From: an uncultured Bacilli bacterium
Lineage (GTDB): Bacteria; Bacillota_I; Bacilli_A; RF39; UBA660
Assembly: GCA_947626095.1 (NCBI GenBank)
Contig: CANQQV010000007.1
Span: forward strand, 1-64,000
Reading direction: 5' to 3'
DNA length: 64,000 nt
In this document: one piece after another, positions 50,049 through 59,692 of the stretch
Numbering within the stretch: position 1 is the stretch's first letter
Layout: the number at the start of each line of letters is the position of its first letter
Notes under the pieces: model-generated
Databases searched by the model: none
What the model saw: the letters and a program-made list of their open reading frames with translations, nothing else
What the model was told of the DNA's origin: nothing
Position numbers and translations under genes: made by a program

Positions 50049-51074
50049 ATGAAAGCAATATTAAATAATAAATATTTCATCTTAATTCCGTTACTTATTT
50101 TAAATACTATCAGTCTTATCTACTTATTTAAAACTCCCTATTTTACTAAACAACTTATATTTATTCTTTTAAGTATTTCCCTTTTATTAATTAGTAGTAA
50201 ACTAAACTATAAATTCATTAACAAATATAGTAAGTTCCTCTACTTACTTAGTATATTCCTTCTTATCCTTGTTCTTATTGTTGGTGAAGAAACTAAAGGT
50301 GCTAAAGCATGGCTTCATCTATCCAATATCTCTATTCAACCAAGTGAAATAGCTAAACTTACTCTAACCATCTATACTGCCTATTTAATTAATAAACATA
50401 AAAGTCTAATCTATCTTTTAATAATTACTTTAATCCCCTCTATTTTAACCTTCTTAGAACCTGATACAGGCGCAATAATCATTTACCTTATTATTTTCCT
50501 ATCATCCCTTAAATACTTTAAAATAAGTAAAAAAATCCTTATTTTCGCTTCTACCTTTATCCTACTATTTCTCCTATCACATATCTCTTTATATTTTATC
50601 AACAAAGATCTTTTAATTAATATATATGGACCTAACTTACTATATCGTATTGATCGTCTTATATCTTTCCAAAATCACGATAATATTCAATATACTAACT
50701 CCCTAATCTCTATCGGAGCTCACAAATTACTATATATTCCTGAAAACCATAATGACTTTATCTTCGCTGCTATCATCAGTAAATACAATATCCTTTCATT
50801 CAGTATTATCTTAATATCTTATTTCTTTATCTTCTACTACTATTTAACTAATTTAACTAAAAAAAATAATGTATCTAACATTATTAACTTTATAATTTTA
50901 AATACATTATTATTTCAAGTCTTTTATAATATCTTCATGAATTTGTCTTTATTACCAATTATTGGTATACCATTACCATTTCTAAGTTATGGTGGTTCCT
51001 ACTTAGTAACTTTATATATTTTAATCGGTTTATCTATTAATTTAAACATTAATCCTAATAGAAGAATGGATTAG
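50049..51074 (+). CDS. FtsW/RodA/SpoVE (SEDS) family protein
   Basis: GAKAWL, IQPSEIAK, EPDTG, PENHNDFIF and GIPLPFLSYGGS motifs. Confidence 0.88.
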   Translation: MKAILNNKYFILIPLLILNTISLIYLFKTPYFTKQLIFILLSISLLLISSKLNYKFINKYSKFLYLLSIFLLILVLIVGEETKGAKAWLHLSNISIQPSEIAKLTLTIYTAYLINKHKSLIYLLIITLIPSILTFLEPDTGAIIIYLIIFLSSLKYFKISKKILIFASTFILLFLLSHISLYFINKDLLINIYGPNLLYRIDRLISFQNHDNIQYTNSLISIGAHKLLYIPENHNDFIFAAIISKYNILSFSIILISYFFIFYYYLTNLTKKNNVSNIINFIILNTLLFQVFYNIFMNLSLLPIIGIPLPFLSYGGSYLVTLYILIGLSINLNINPNRRMD

Positions 51075-51249
51075 GACCATATCCTGGACCAGGTCCATAA
51101 TAAGGACGATAAGGGTAAGGACCAGGTGTCGCTATAATTGGACGAGGACGACTTACTCCAACTGCCGCTCCACCTACTAAAGCTCCTGTAATAAATGGTA
51201 AAACAAACCCACCATAACGTCCATCACGTATATAAGTATTATAATACAT
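51055..51249 (-). CDS. Small Gly/Pro/Tyr-rich spore-coat-like protein
   Basis: R.GG.VLPFITGALVGG followed by a PYPY-rich tail. SD AAAGGAG. Confidence 0.6.
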   Translation of the reverse strand: MYYNTYIRDGRYGGFVLPFITGALVGGAAVGVSRPRPIIATPGPYPYRPYYGPGPGYGPNPFFY

Positions 51250-51295
51250 ATAAAAACTCCTTTCATTTTATTTTATGATAAGGAGTTTTTATATG

Positions 51296-52171
51296 TTATT
51301 TTCTTCTTAACTTTTTCATATAAGAACCTTGTGGAGCAAAAGGAATACTAAATGTTAACATATCATATTGTTGACTTAATTTATAAAGTTCATCTTGTAA
51401 ATATACCCCTTTTTCTGTTGCACTTAAATTAGCCGCCAATTTTTTCATAAATACCGGTTCATGAATACCTAACATTTGAAAAATATCTTCAATTGTTATT
51501 ATTTTTCCATCTATTGGGCTTCTTGTTCCTACTAAAGTCAAATCAATATTAAATACAACTAAAAACATTAGTATAGCCAAACTAGTTTTATCAAGTTCAC
51601 TCGTAAAATGACCAAAGCTATCATTATATTTTGGAACATCTATATATCTACTTTGATCTCCCAAAGATGTTGAAACAGAAATTGACTTATCTTTTTTGCC
51701 AAACTGCATTCCATCATAATCAATAAATCTTAACGTTCCATTCGGTAAAACAATAATATTATCACAAGTACATAAATCTGGTATAACTATTCCTACTTTA
51801 TTAGCTTTCATAACAATATCTTCTATCTTTTTATACAATTCATAATAATGATGTAAATCACTTCTCTCTTTTAAAGTAAAAGTATCATCATAATTATTTA
51901 AATCACTGCCAATAACTCTCTCCATTGTATAACCAACACATTCTTTTTGAAAATAAACAGCTGATATCGGTCTAACTATTTCACTTACCGTTTCCGCTCT
52001 TATATCTAGTATTTTTCTTTCATATGATGTACCTGCTAATTTACAAGCTTGTAAAACTAAAGGTGCAGCTACTTTTAAAACTCTACCATCTTCTAAAGTA
52101 TATATTTTAGAGCAATCCCCACTATGAATTAAACTTTCAGGTTTAAAACTATTTAATTGCATTTTCTGCAT
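51296..52171 (-). CDS. Protein kinase-like fold protein
   Basis: SG..SKIY, VLK, YTME.V.G, GIVIPDL...NII and RFIDYDG motifs. Confidence 0.7.
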   Translation of the reverse strand: MQKMQLNSFKPESLIHSGDCSKIYTLEDGRVLKVAAPLVLQACKLAGTSYERKILDIRAETVSEIVRPISAVYFQKECVGYTMERVIGSDLNNYDDTFTLKERSDLHHYYELYKKIEDIVMKANKVGIVIPDLCTCDNIIVLPNGTLRFIDYDGMQFGKKDKSISVSTSLGDQSRYIDVPKYNDSFGHFTSELDKTSLAILMFLVVFNIDLTLVGTRSPIDGKIITIEDIFQMLGIHEPVFMKKLAANLSATEKGVYLQDELYKLSQQYDMLTFSIPFAPQGSYMKKLRRK

Positions 52172-52203
52172 CTCAATTCCCCCTTTTAACAAGAGCTTAT
52201 TCT

Positions 52204-52240
52204 ATAAAAAATAGAGTAGCTTGTCAACCTACTCTATTTA
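52204..52240 (-). terminator. Terminator after tyrS, overlapping the TTGACA-17-TAGAAT promoter of the kinase-like gene
   Basis: ATAGAGTAG-gttgacaag-CTACTCTAT-TTTTT on the minus strand. Confidence 0.7.
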
Positions 52241-53469
52241 AAAATTCCTAAGAATTGTTTTTTCTTACCTTTTCTAATTACTAAGACTTTTCCCTCTATT
52301 GCCATGTCTTTTGTAATAATCATATTTTCATCAGTCATTTTTTCATTATTAATAGAAATAGCATTACTACTAAGCATTTCTCTAGCTTCTCTTCTTGAAG
52401 AACATATTTCGTTATCTACTAATAAATCAAGTAGTTTAACTTCTCCATTTAAATTAATAGAAGGTACCATCTTCATTCCTAACATTATATCTTTAGCACT
52501 TAAACCATTTACATCCCCACTAAATAACGCTTGACTAATTTTCTCAGCTTTTTCATATTCTTCTTCGCCATGTAAATCAGTAATAATTGCTTTAGCTAAG
52601 GCCTTCTGTGCAATTCTCTTTTCTGGGCATTCTAAATGTTGTTTTTCTATTTCCATTATTTCATCAGGAGTTAAGAAAGTTAACATCTTTAAATATGTAA
52701 TAATCATTGAATCTTCAAGTCCAATACAATATTGATACAATTCATAACTAGAAGTTTTATTTTTATCTAACCATAAAGCATTACCTTCTGTCTTACCAAA
52801 CTTCTTACCTTGTGAATCAGTAACTAAAGGCATTACCATACCATAAGCTTCTTTATCGAGCTTTTTACGAATTAATTCAATACCAGAAGTAATATTTCCC
52901 CATTGGTCAGAACCAGCTACTTGTAAAGTACAATCTCTATTTTCAAATAAATATAAGAAATCTAAAGCTTGTAATATCATATAACTAAATTCAGCATATG
53001 TAATACCCGATTCTAATCTACTTTTTACTTTATCCTTAGCAAGCATATAACCTATATTAAAGAACTTACCATAATCTCTTAAGAAATCTAAAACATTAAT
53101 ATCCTTTGTCCAATCATAATTATTAACTACTTCAAAGCCAAAAATATCTTCCGCTTGTTTCTTTAAACCTTTAATATTATGTTCTACCTCTTCTTTTGTA
53201 ATCATTGGTCTTTCAGCATTAGGTTTAGGATCTCCTATTAAACCAGTTGCTCCACCAACTAATAATATTGGATGGTGTCCATGTTGTGCTAATCTTTTAC
53301 TAATCAAAAATGATGAATAATGACCAATATGCATTGAATCAGCAGTTGGATCTGTTCCAATATAGAAAGTCATCCCACCTTTATTCAACTTATCAATTAG
53401 ATCTGGACTACTAATATCCTGAACTAATCCACGCCATTTTAACTCATCATATAAAGTCATTTGTTCCAT
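52234..53469 (-). CDS. tyrS: Tyrosine--tRNA ligase
   Basis: YIGTDPTADSMHIGH, EFSYMILQA.D, GSDQWGNI, KFGKT and a C-terminal S4 domain. True start ATG 53469 after SD AGAGGGA. Confidence 0.97.
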   Translation of the reverse strand: MEQMTLYDELKWRGLVQDISSPDLIDKLNKGGMTFYIGTDPTADSMHIGHYSSFLISKRLAQHGHHPILLVGGATGLIGDPKPNAERPMITKEEVEHNIKGLKKQAEDIFGFEVVNNYDWTKDINVLDFLRDYGKFFNIGYMLAKDKVKSRLESGITYAEFSYMILQALDFLYLFENRDCTLQVAGSDQWGNITSGIELIRKKLDKEAYGMVMPLVTDSQGKKFGKTEGNALWLDKNKTSSYELYQYCIGLEDSMIITYLKMLTFLTPDEIMEIEKQHLECPEKRIAQKALAKAIITDLHGEEEYEKAEKISQALFSGDVNGLSAKDIMLGMKMVPSINLNGEVKLLDLLVDNEICSSRREAREMLSSNAISINNEKMTDENMIITKDMAIEGKVLVIRKGKKKQFLGIFK

Positions 53470-53484
53470 ATTATCCCTCTTTCT

Positions 53485-53620
53485 AAAAATAAAAAAGTTC
53501 ATAAATCTAAGGACGCTATAGCGCGGTACCACCTTAGTTTATGAACTTTATCATACACTTTATCTCTTAACGCGAGTTACGTTTTAGCTCCAGAGTCGTA
53601 AATTCCTTCATCGCTAATTA
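53485..53620 (-). promoter_or_regulatory. T-box riboswitch (Tyr) with an ultra-short Stem I
   Basis: T-box motif AAGGTGGTACCGCG (53522-53535), antiterminator partner CGTCCTT, UAC specifier (53598-53600) between GA-motif halves, U-tract downstream. Confidence 0.88.
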
Positions 53621-53626
53621 ATCTAA

Positions 53627-53654
53627 ATTATAACATTTAATTTTTATTTGTCAA
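53627..53654 (-). promoter_or_regulatory. sigma-A promoter of tyrS
   Basis: TTGACA (53649-53654), 16 nt spacer, TGtTATAAT (-10 at 53627-53632). Confidence 0.75.
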
Positions 53655-55614
53655 ATATGCCACTTATCTTTTCGCCAATGCCTCTAAAGAAAGCACCTAT
53701 TACTGCGAAATTAAAGTAAATTCGATAACCTAATAATCTTAAGATTAAATAGATTAAGATTAAGACTATAATAATTATAATAATTATAATTAACCAAGTA
53801 TTTTTACCTTTTTCTACTCCGTCAATAGAGATAGAATAAGTAACTGTATCACTTTCATCTGCTGAAGTACAAGTCAATTTAATAATTGAACCAGAAGTTA
53901 AATCACTATTACCTTCTGTAACACAACGTGCATTCTCATCTATTTGTGTATACTGAATATCTAATTCCGTATCTCCTTTATGTAATTTAATTCCATAATC
54001 ATACTTACCAGTCTCAAATCCTATATCATCATAATCTTTAATAGTTAATGATGCTAAACCAGCTTCTGATCCTAATTCTTTTTTATCTTGTCTTGTAACA
54101 TTAAGAACATACAATCTTGTAAAATCTGTACAATCTTTACTAGAAACTGTTACTTTTACTTCTCTAACAACTCCTACTTCTAAGCTTTCAGCACCTTCAA
54201 CAACAACTGTATCTCCTTCTTCGTTAACATAAGCATTAACGATTAAATCTTGTACTTCATTAGGAACTTGAACATCATAAGTAAATACTTTAGAATCAAA
54301 ATTTGTAATTTGATCTATTTCTATACCCTGTCTATCTGTCGCTAAATCAATTCCTTTTAATAAAGCTAATGAATCAATATCTGTTGTACATTTTGTTGGT
54401 GTATCTTCTCTAATTACTGTTATATTATAAACATTTGTCGAACCTTTTTGATTAACAACTTTAACATATATTTGATTAGTTCCCAATTGTAAATTATAAG
54501 TTTGTGGGCCATAGCCATTAGCAAAGCTTGAAGTATTATCCGTAAGTGTCGCCCCAACTGTAATTTGTTCAACATTATTAGCTACATTAACTGTGTAATT
54601 TGTTATATTACTTGCAAAAGCTGGAGTTAATGTTCCTTTATCAACAGTTAAATTAGATAAAGTATTAACATTACTTCGATTATCAGCTCTTGTTACTACA
54701 ATCTTGTAAGTTACAGTTTTATTAGCTGAATTCTTAACTTTAACTGATATTGTATTAGAACCATATTTAAGATTTACTGTTCTTGGTCCATAACCCGAAA
54801 CAAATGAACTACCACTTTTTGCTGAGGCATCTACTCTAATAGAAGCAACATCAGCTCCAACTGATACCTTGTAAGATTTAGTTCCACTCTTAAATGATGG
54901 TGATAAAGAACCGCTACTAACTGATAATTTAGTTAATGAAGGAGCTGCAACAGTTGTTCCGCCACCGGAGCTACCGCCACCGCCGCTTCCGTTATCAGAA
55001 CTCTTAACACAAGTACCTGAATAAACTTGCTTACAATATCTTTTATTAAATGTTCCTGTACCTACTTGTGTAGACTTACAAGTATCCGTAGTTGGTTTGC
55101 CGCCATTATCAGCTTGAATCTTATATCCACTTTTACATTCGGCAAAATTATTATTAGCATTAATATTAGCTTTTGATGGTGTTACAACCCTTGTTCCCCC
55201 AGACATACTAACTGTTGCACATCTTTCAACGGAAAACTTAGAAGTTAAACCAACTTGTAAACCATCAGTACAAGATGTTGTTACTTTGTAACTAGTATAG
55301 TAATAACCACCTGTCAATGTATTAAAAACCCAGAAATGATATGTTCCGTTTTTTAAACTTATCTGTGCTCTATTGGTATATTTTACAGCCATACCAGTTT
55401 TTAACACATTAATTGCTGAATTTCTATCTTTTTTTGTATTGTAATAAAACGTTAAACTCTTATCTGTATATTTTCCAGAATAAGTAATTGTTACAACATC
55501 CCCACTAGCTGAAGCACTGATACTATCTGCTTTTACTATTCCAAGGGGAATAACAAATAATATAAATATATATACTAGAAAACGTAATTTTATTTTATTA
55601 ATAGTTCTACCCAT
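53644..55614 (-). CDS. Surface protein with tandem cadherin-like beta-sandwich domains
   Basis: Signal peptide, Cys-rich N-domain, Gly linker, repeats L..L.V..G.L.P.F.....Y.V.V....TY.I.VTR, C-terminal TM helix. Confidence 0.85.
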   Translation of the reverse strand: MGRTINKIKLRFLVYIFILFVIPLGIVKADSISASASGDVVTITYSGKYTDKSLTFYYNTKKDRNSAINVLKTGMAVKYTNRAQISLKNGTYHFWVFNTLTGGYYYTSYKVTTSCTDGLQVGLTSKFSVERCATVSMSGGTRVVTPSKANINANNNFAECKSGYKIQADNGGKPTTDTCKSTQVGTGTFNKRYCKQVYSGTCVKSSDNGSGGGGSSGGGTTVAAPSLTKLSVSSGSLSPSFKSGTKSYKVSVGADVASIRVDASAKSGSSFVSGYGPRTVNLKYGSNTISVKVKNSANKTVTYKIVVTRADNRSNVNTLSNLTVDKGTLTPAFASNITNYTVNVANNVEQITVGATLTDNTSSFANGYGPQTYNLQLGTNQIYVKVVNQKGSTNVYNITVIREDTPTKCTTDIDSLALLKGIDLATDRQGIEIDQITNFDSKVFTYDVQVPNEVQDLIVNAYVNEEGDTVVVEGAESLEVGVVREVKVTVSSKDCTDFTRLYVLNVTRQDKKELGSEAGLASLTIKDYDDIGFETGKYDYGIKLHKGDTELDIQYTQIDENARCVTEGNSDLTSGSIIKLTCTSADESDTVTYSISIDGVEKGKNTWLIIIIIIIIVLILIYLILRLLGYRIYFNFAVIGAFFRGIGEKISGIFDK

Positions 55615-55719
55615 ACTAATCTATCCTATCTATTATTAATAATAACATTTTACCATTTATTTATCAAGAATATAAATATAAAATCGTCAATTAATAGAAA
55701 AAAGATAACAAGTATCCTT

Positions 55720-56673
55720 TTATGCTTTAGCAAATTCTAAATTGATATCAAAATTAGTAGCTTTCTTTTCTAACAAAGAATCCTTATCGCCACTTTCAAA
55801 CCATATATATACTCTTACTTTAGTAATCCCCTGTTGAATCATAAATAGACTTTGTTTATTCCTAAATTCCTTCTTTGTTACAATATCTGAACTAATATTA
55901 GAAAAATTATTACTACTTTTTCGATCAATTATCTTAATTTTATTAAATTCACTATTTATTCCACGATAAGATATTACTTTATCTTCTATATCTTCCCCGT
56001 AAACATCTTCTGTAATCTTTTTAGCTTCCTTAGTATGAACATCACTATTAGGTTCCCAAATAACCGCCTTTATTCCAGCAGCTAAACCCTGAATATCCTT
56101 CTTATCTGTACTACTAGTAGTTCCTTCTACCACAAAACCAATTCTAATCGCATTTTCTAAACCATTATCTTTCTTTTGCTTAACATACGAATTTTCCGTT
56201 AAAGCAATAGATTCTGGTTCTGAAGCTTCAAAAAACACATCAAACGCCATATAATAACTATCTTTACATTCTTTAGCAAAACATCTATTATCTTTCTGTT
56301 TTTCACTACTTACATAATATTCTTTACCATCTTTTTCTAATATTTCATAATACATATCTAATCGACCATCACTAATGCCTCCACTAGTTGAAACACGTGA
56401 TAAGACATCTGGTAATTGATTCCTACTTTTATAAATATCTGTTGTAACATTAAAACTATCTTTATTTAATTTTGTACCATAATTAATCCCATCTGCTGAT
56501 ATCTTTAAATCATCTATAACACCAACACTTAAATCAATACTACTACTCATTCCTTTTATCTTTTTAACACATACAACACTTAAAACTACAAGTAATACTG
56601 CTATTAATACTAAACCGATGACTATTAATATTTTCAATGTTTTTTTTCTCGTTTTTCTTAAATTTTTTTTCAA
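55720..56673 (-). CDS. Hypothetical membrane-anchored extracellular protein
   Basis: TTG start after SD AAGGTGA, basic N-terminus plus TM helix, KVRVYIWFE motif. Confidence 0.7.
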   Translation of the reverse strand: MKKNLRKTRKKTLKILIVIGLVLIAVLLVVLSVVCVKKIKGMSSSIDLSVGVIDDLKISADGINYGTKLNKDSFNVTTDIYKSRNQLPDVLSRVSTSGGISDGRLDMYYEILEKDGKEYYVSSEKQKDNRCFAKECKDSYYMAFDVFFEASEPESIALTENSYVKQKKDNGLENAIRIGFVVEGTTSSTDKKDIQGLAAGIKAVIWEPNSDVHTKEAKKITEDVYGEDIEDKVISYRGINSEFNKIKIIDRKSSNNFSNISSDIVTKKEFRNKQSLFMIQQGITKVRVYIWFESGDKDSLLEKKATNFDINLEFAKA

Positions 56674-56766
56674 GATATCACCTTCTTACCTTATACTTAT
56701 AAGTATAATGCATTTAACTAAATATTTTCAACTATCTATTTTTTAGTATTAAAGAAAAAAAGGTAA

Positions 56767-58890
56767 TTATTCATTACCTTTTATATAAAATTCACCCTTA
56801 TCATTAACATCTACTAAAACTTTTGAATTTTCTTTTATCGTTCCATCAATTAATTTCATGGCTAACAACGTTTCTAAATTATCGGAAACATATCTCTTAA
56901 TAGGACGTGCTCCAAAATTTTCATCATAAGCATTATTAATAACATACTCTGAAGCATCATCAGTTAAAGAAATAATAATTCCTTTATCTTTTAATCTTGC
57001 ATTAATATCATTAATAATCTTATCTAATATCTTATAAACCACATCTTTACTTAAAGTCTTAAAGTAAACAATATCATCTATTCTATTTAAAAATTCTGGT
57101 TTAAATGTTTTATGTAAATCTTTTTCAATTAATTCTTCCTTATTAGGTAAGTTCTCTAGGATATATTCACTACCTAAGTTACTTGTCATAATAATAATGG
57201 TATTTTTAAAATCAACTGTTCTTCCTTGACTATCAGTTATTCTACCATCATCTAATATTTGTAATAATAAATTAAAGACATCAGGATGTGCTTTTTCTAT
57301 TTCATCAAATAAAACTATCGAATAAGGATTTCTTCTTACTGCTTCTGTAAGTTGTCCACCTTCGTCATAACCTATATAACCAGGCGCAGCACCTATTAAT
57401 CTTGAAACATTAAAACTTTCCATATATTCTGACATATCAATTCTTATCATATGTCTTTCATCATCAAATAACTCATAAGCTAAAGTTCTCGCTACTTCTG
57501 TCTTACCAACACCCGTTGGACCTAAAAATAAGAATGAACCAATTGGACGATTAGGATCTTTAATTCCGGCACGACTACGAATAATCGCATTAGATACTTT
57601 CTTTAAAACTTCATCTTGCCCAATTACTCTTTTTTTCATACTTTCTTCTAGTTTAAGTAATTTTTCTTTTTCTCCTTCAACTAGTTTAGAAACCGGAACA
57701 TTCGTCCATTTAGAAACTATCTGCGCAATATCTTCTTCCGTAACTGTATCACTTATTAAAACATTTTTATTATTCTTTTGTAAATCTTCTAGCTCACGTT
57801 CTAATCTCGGAATATCTCCATGACGTAATCTTGCTGCCGTATCCAAATCATAATTATTTTCGGCTTCTTTCAAACGATGTCTTAAACTTTCCAAAGTTTT
57901 CTTTGTCTCACTTATCTTATTATTAACTTCTTTTTCACTATTAAAATCTTCTTTTAACTTAGTCTCTTGTAATTTAAGATTATAAAGTTCATCATCTATT
58001 TCTTGTAATCTCTTCTTACTTTGTTCATCTTTTTCTTTCTTTAAAGATTGCCTTTCGATTTCTAGTAGCATAATCTTTCTTGTTAACTTATCTAAACTAA
58101 CTGGTACACTATCCATTTCAACTTTAATAGTCGCACAAGCTTCATCGATTAAATCGATTGCTTTATCAGGTAAATAACGATCCGTAATATAACGATCAGA
58201 TAAAGTCGCTGCGGCAATTAAAGCATGGTCTTTAATATTAACCCCATGATGAACTTCAAATCTTTCTTTTAAACCACGTAAAATAGCTATTGTATCAATA
58301 ACACTTGGAGCTTTAACAATAATCTTTTGAAATCTTCTTTCTAGTGCTCCATCTTTTTCAATAAACTTACGATATTCATTTAATGTAGTCGCTCCAATAC
58401 ACTTAATCTCCCCACGGGCAAGCATTGGTTTAAGCATATTAGCTACATTCATTGTTCCTTCGCCTGAATCACCAACTATCATATGTATTTCATCAATAAA
58501 CATAATGATACTTCCATCAGAATCTTTAATTTTATTTAAAACAGCTTTTAATCTCTCTTCAAATTCACCACGGTATTTAGCACCTGCTACTAAAGCTGCT
58601 AAATCAAGTCCCCATATTGTTTTATTCTTTAAACCATCAGGTACATCACCATTAACAATACGTAGTGCTAAACCTTCTACGATGGCTGTCTTACCTACTC
58701 CAGGTTCCCCAATTAATACTGGATTATTCTTTGTTTTACGTGATAATATTCGCGTAATACTCCTTATTTCTTCATCTCTGCCAATAACCGGATCTATTTT
58801 ATTTTCTTTAGCTGCCACCGTAATATCACGGCCATACTTAGCTAAAACATCCTCTTCTTCTTGTTGTGGCATATTATATCCATAATTCAT
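56767..58890 (-). CDS. clpB: ClpB chaperone lacking the N-terminal domain
   Basis: [25 protein letters not shown], long M-domain, [15 protein letters not shown] and FGARP. 707 aa. Confidence 0.93.
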   Translation of the reverse strand: MNYGYNMPQQEEEDVLAKYGRDITVAAKENKIDPVIGRDEEIRSITRILSRKTKNNPVLIGEPGVGKTAIVEGLALRIVNGDVPDGLKNKTIWGLDLAALVAGAKYRGEFEERLKAVLNKIKDSDGSIIMFIDEIHMIVGDSGEGTMNVANMLKPMLARGEIKCIGATTLNEYRKFIEKDGALERRFQKIIVKAPSVIDTIAILRGLKERFEVHHGVNIKDHALIAAATLSDRYITDRYLPDKAIDLIDEACATIKVEMDSVPVSLDKLTRKIMLLEIERQSLKKEKDEQSKKRLQEIDDELYNLKLQETKLKEDFNSEKEVNNKISETKKTLESLRHRLKEAENNYDLDTAARLRHGDIPRLERELEDLQKNNKNVLISDTVTEEDIAQIVSKWTNVPVSKLVEGEKEKLLKLEESMKKRVIGQDEVLKKVSNAIIRSRAGIKDPNRPIGSFLFLGPTGVGKTEVARTLAYELFDDERHMIRIDMSEYMESFNVSRLIGAAPGYIGYDEGGQLTEAVRRNPYSIVLFDEIEKAHPDVFNLLLQILDDGRITDSQGRTVDFKNTIIIMTSNLGSEYILENLPNKEELIEKDLHKTFKPEFLNRIDDIVYFKTLSKDVVYKILDKIINDINARLKDKGIIISLTDDASEYVINNAYDENFGARPIKRYVSDNLETLLAMKLIDGTIKENSKVLVDVNDKGEFYIKGNE

Positions 58891-58928
58891 GATAATCCCT
58901 CCATATCAACCACCATTATACTCTAAAA

Positions 58929-58955
58929 TTAGCACTTGTCAATATAGAGTGCTAA
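58929..58955. promoter_or_regulatory. CIRCE element (HrcA operator) overlapping the clpB -35 box
   Basis: Minus strand TTAGCACTC-N9-AAGTGCTAA. TTGACA at 58937-58942 and TATAAT at 58915-58920. Confidence 0.92.
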
Positions 58956-58973
58956 TTTTTATAGATAAAAAAA

Positions 58974-59690
58974 CTATTTCAAAGTATACTTCAAAATAGC
59001 TTCTTCTACTTCTTTAGGATGCGTAGCTCCTATATTGTGTTTACCACCTTTAATAAGATCTATATTATCTTTATAATCTTTACCTAAGTAATCTATTACT
59101 TTATGCGGATTAACTTGTTCATCTTCATCCCCATAGATAATTACAAAATCTTTTTTTGGCAATTCTTTTACTTCTTCTTCTAAATCTTCTCTAACAATCG
59201 ATTGATATGACTTACGTAAAAACTTTGTCCCATAAACCATTTCATTAGTTTTTAAAATATGAATTACATAAAAATCTCTCAAGCAATTTCGTATACCCTG
59301 TAAAGCTTGTGGTGTTTTAATAAAACTTTTACTCTTCTTTGTTGTTCTAATGATAGCTGGTGATACTAAAATAAGTTTTTGGGAAGCGTTAAACTTTGTC
59401 TTATATCTAATCGCTACACTTCCGCCAAAACTATAACCTAAGATATAATCTATATCTAAATTATTATCTATTATATATTTATTAATATAATCAGCATAGT
59501 CATTTAAATCCCAACCTTTATCTGGTTCAGCCTCCCCACAAAATCCTGGTAAATTTAACTTATATACGTTATAGTTTTTCTCTAATCTTTTAACTAATTC
59601 TTCTCTATTGTGCCATGCATCAGTTTCTTTAGTTTGCGAAGTATAATTTTGATAATTCCAACCATGAATTAATAAAATAGATTTTTTCAT
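58974..59690 (-). CDS. Alpha/beta hydrolase
   Basis: LIHGW, NLPGF, GYSFGG nucleophile elbow, YGDED and a C-terminal His. Confidence 0.88.
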   Translation of the reverse strand: MKKSILLIHGWNYQNYTSQTKETDAWHNREELVKRLEKNYNVYKLNLPGFCGEAEPDKGWDLNDYADYINKYIIDNNLDIDYILGYSFGGSVAIRYKTKFNASQKLILVSPAIIRTTKKSKSFIKTPQALQGIRNCLRDFYVIHILKTNEMVYGTKFLRKSYQSIVREDLEEEVKELPKKDFVIIYGDEDEQVNPHKVIDYLGKDYKDNIDLIKGGKHNIGATHPKEVEEAILKYTLK

Positions 59691-59692
59691 AA

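Noticed and set aside
53470-53532. N-terminal extension of TyrS in the ORF track (MVPRYS...)
   Set aside because: It overlaps the T-box antiterminator. The SD-supported start is ATG 53469.
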